A stretch of DNA of 57,226 bases, filler included, from Stramenopiles sp. TOSAG23-6 (lineage: Eukaryota), in the NCBI GenBank assembly GCA_900128565.1. It is 27 parts of 27 records of this genome, joined end to end, with 100 filler letters (N's around TTAATTAATTAA, not from the genome) between each part and the next. Parts side by side here need not be neighbours in the genome. Positions count along the whole stretch, not along the records: positions 47,868 to 57,226 come from LT636377.1; 26 more parts are not named here. One strand, given 5' to 3'. Below are positions 54,769 to 57,226 of this stretch, one piece after another (position 1 is the first letter of the stretch; each line of letters begins with the position of its first letter). A program made the position numbers and the translations under genes. The notes beneath the pieces were generated by a model that saw only the letters and a list, made by a program, of their open reading frames with translations, did no database searches and was not told where the DNA came from.

Positions 54769-57226
54769 TTATTTTTTCTGACTTCTAGGCAATAAACATT
54801 CGCGAAGAAATTCCTCACATACCTTATTTTGTTTCTGTTCAAAATTTACACTTCTTTTAAATTGTTCAGTTGTACTCTCTATATTGTTTAAATCGAAATT
54901 GGTAGGAAATTCTAGGCCTACATTTTTTTGCTTGTGAAGTTCATATTCTAGTTGCTCTTGTTCGTTACGTTCAATATCTATTTTTCTGAGCAAGTTTGTA
55001 TTAGTATCCTTAGTCTTCTTAGAGCAATTTACACGTGATCTCTTTGATACATGGTAGTCTGATTCTATTTCATTCGCATACACATTAAAATCTGGTGTAC
55101 GACATTGTGTTGTGTCATCTTCCTTCCTGCGGCGTTTATCCCGTGTCGAGGAGAGAGAAATATCTGTATCCGTAGTATGATCCTTACTTTTGGAATATTG
55201 CGTACCACGTTTTACAAGTCTTGTAGTAGCAACAGTCTTCATACGTTTTGTTGGAGGTGACGACAAGTCACCTTTTCTATTTTTCAGTAATTGAAAAGGT
55301 GTTGACATTATATTAGCCCGACTCAAGTTTTCATTCGCTGGGTAACTATTACTTCTTAAAGTAGTACATACATTATTATACATTTTTGGAAGGGCAATAG
55401 CAGCATCATCCATGCTTAGATTACGTGTACTGTATGAAATAATCTCAGTTATGGACTCCTTATTTTTCATCCAATAAACTAACGAGTTTTCTTCAATATA
55501 GCTCTGAGATATCCTTGTGATAACCAACTCTTCCAAAATAATACCCATAATGTACCTCCATGATATGAAGGATGATTCATCCTCTGTACTAAGAATAATA
55601 CGGGTGATAGATTGTCGTACTGGATGTAATCGCCGCTTAACTTCATCAGCAGTAGATTCAGTGTTCATATTGTCACATTGCCATAAGCTATCTACATACA
55701 TACCAATACGCTTCGTCTCTGATTCTAGTACACGATGTCGCAAATTAATCTGATCAATAGAAGCGTCATCAGTATTTAAGCTAACAATATGATGATGTTG
55801 AAATTGCTGTTGTTGTGGAGGTTTGGGTAACATCAATCGTTCAATACTGCGTGCGATATTATGCAATCTTTCACTTGAATTCCAATCTTCAGGCGGAAAA
55901 TTATTTCGATGTGAGTTTCGATTACTTCGTGTATTGTTAAATTCAGGTATCGGCCAAGATGTTTGCCGTAGATTCTCATCGGTTAGTCTTCGTATAAGTT
56001 GTTCTAATATTGCATTGTATAGTCTCACCCACCCACAAAGTGAAAGAATGCATGAACAGTCCTTAGAAACAAAATGAGTAGCTGTTGCAGCTGTAAACGA
56101 AGAATCTCCAGTGGCAAGAAGTTCATCAACGTAACATCCAATGAGATCACTGAAAGACTTGTATGATAGTTGAGGCTTAGATCGCGCATGTGATGCCATA
56201 ACTTTTAAAGCATCGCCAAGCGACTCAGAGCACAGTGAAGGTAAAACGTTATACCCATATCTATAAACACTATCGTTGCTCGTATTGTTGTTCCACAAAC
56301 TATTCACATTTGTATTAATAGAACTTGCGAATCCTCTACGCTGCAATGAGCATACGTGATGCGTTGCAATGCGTGTACCATCTTCATTCGCTGGATGTAC
56401 TGATAAATATGTATGTAGTGCTTGTGATAGTTTAGATAGGTCTGCTCCATACCGGTCGTTCAAAACTTCACTATTTTCATGGACCACGCATAAAACTAAG
56501 GATGATCTAGAACCATCACTAAGAGATGAAATAACAGATGATAATTGTTCTGATCTTAATCTTCCCCATGCAACGGCTAAGTCCTCCATATGTTGAACTA
56601 CCAAAAGAAGAAATATTCCATGAGTAGACTCTAGTGACTTGCTCAATTGAGAATCAATATCTGCGCGCAAGCAGCATACACCAAGGTCGACTATGCTAGA
56701 GCTATTAGAAGCATTTATATTGCAAACATAATCATCATTAGGTACCAAAACACGAGTTCTATACAATGACAACGTTTCACGTGAAATATTTTGAACGATG
56801 CCGTTTTGCGCTAACTTTGCTGAAATCCAACGCGTCACCCACAATTTTGTACATTCGTCAATATTTTGGTTCTCCAAAATGTTTTTTGGGATAACATAAA
56901 CACATTTCCAAAGAAATTCAAAATTTTCATTACAATTTGTAGACGAATTGGTGCTAAAACAATTATTAAATGATTGATTAGCTACTGAATTAATACTAGC
57001 ACCACACTTATTTGAATGTTGCAAATGTCGACGCAATAAGGGAGCCGCAATAAGCTTTGGTAAGCGTAAAGGTGACCATAGATCATTTTTATGACTACTC
57101 AGTGTATTCGATAAATAATGCAAATTATTCATAAATTTGTGACCATGTTGTAACGTTCCAATGCTTGATGTTTTGCGTGATATTGTCACTAGTGAAGATA
57201 CATCTGCATGTCGAAGACCTGAGTAA
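54769..57226 (-). CDS. SAC3/GANP (MCM3AP)-like protein, C-terminal region, 5'-truncated
   Basis: FLWKCVYV...WISAKL and SWPIPEF...DWNS....L.LP resemble the GANP C-terminal domain (from memory). Confidence 0.55.
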   Translation of the reverse strand, partial: YSGLRHADVSSLVTISRKTSSIGTLQHGHKFMNNLHYLSNTLSSHKNDLWSPLRLPKLIAAPLLRRHLQHSNKCGASINSVANQSFNNCFSTNSSTNCNENFEFLWKCVYVIPKNILENQNIDECTKLWVTRWISAKLAQNGIVQNISRETLSLYRTRVLVPNDDYVCNINASNSSSIVDLGVCCLRADIDSQLSKSLESTHGIFLLLVVQHMEDLAVAWGRLRSEQLSSVISSLSDGSRSSLVLCVVHENSEVLNDRYGADLSKLSQALHTYLSVHPANEDGTRIATHHVCSLQRRGFASSINTNVNSLWNNNTSNDSVYRYGYNVLPSLCSESLGDALKVMASHARSKPQLSYKSFSDLIGCYVDELLATGDSSFTAATATHFVSKDCSCILSLCGWVRLYNAILEQLIRRLTDENLRQTSWPIPEFNNTRSNRNSHRNNFPPEDWNSSERLHNIARSIERLMLPKPPQQQQFQHHHIVSLNTDDASIDQINLRHRVLESETKRIGMYVDSLWQCDNMNTESTADEVKRRLHPVRQSITRIILSTEDESSFISWRYIMGIILEELVITRISQSYIEENSLVYWMKNKESITEIISYSTRNLSMDDAAIALPKMYNNVCTTLRSNSYPANENLSRANIMSTPFQLLKNRKGDLSSPPTKRMKTVATTRLVKRGTQYSKSKDHTTDTDISLSSTRDKRRRKEDDTTQCRTPDFNVYANEIESDYHVSKRSRVNCSKKTKDTNTNLLRKIDIERNEQEQLEYELHKQKNVGLEFPTNFDLNNIESTTEQFKRSVNFEQKQNKVCEEFLRECLLPRSQKK

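Noticed and set aside
29302-57226. Alternative genetic code or stop readthrough as the explanation for broken ORFs
   Set aside because: Intact genes end at TAA, TAG and TGA, and most breaks are explained by intron removal.
1-57226. rRNA, tRNA, snRNA or transposase genes
   Set aside because: None recognised by eye; a covariance-model and HMM search would be needed to exclude them.

Overview
This window is not one locus. It is about 30 unrelated contigs of an AT-rich unicellular eukaryote, joined by an artificial N-run/TTAATTAATTAA/N-run spacer. The gene content and style suggest a heterotrophic marine protist, possibly a stramenopile, but that is an inference. The standard genetic code appears to be used. 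Positions 1-28.8 kb hold ~1 kb gene fragments (TBC RabGAP, esterase D, FGAM synthase, reprolysin, WDR44-like, HUWE1/UPL1-like, GATA/C2HC finger and others). Three ~9 kb gene-dense contigs follow (SLC25 carrier, TPR protein, Ubc12-like, Pumilio, Serinc, WBP4-like, M23 peptidase, RRP4, SET protein, aspartyl aminopeptidase, GANP-like). The standout signal is the introns. They have a U2-type donor (GTATGT/GTACG/GTTTG) and a conserved branch site (TTTTGTACCTAAC), but most do not end in AG. Of 24 complete introns I could place by restoring reading frames, 21 end in AT, 1 in GT and 2 in AG. In 18 of the 24, the last two intron bases copy the last two bases of the upstream exon. Many are near-identical copies of a ~90-120 nt element with a TTTCGTACGAAA palindrome, and several contigs break inside it. 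This looks like an Introner-type mobile element together with a spliceosome that tolerates or prefers GT-AT introns. Short (TTAGGG)2-3 tracts are also unusually frequent in introns, promoters and coding sequence. All splice calls come from DNA alone and need RNA confirmation.
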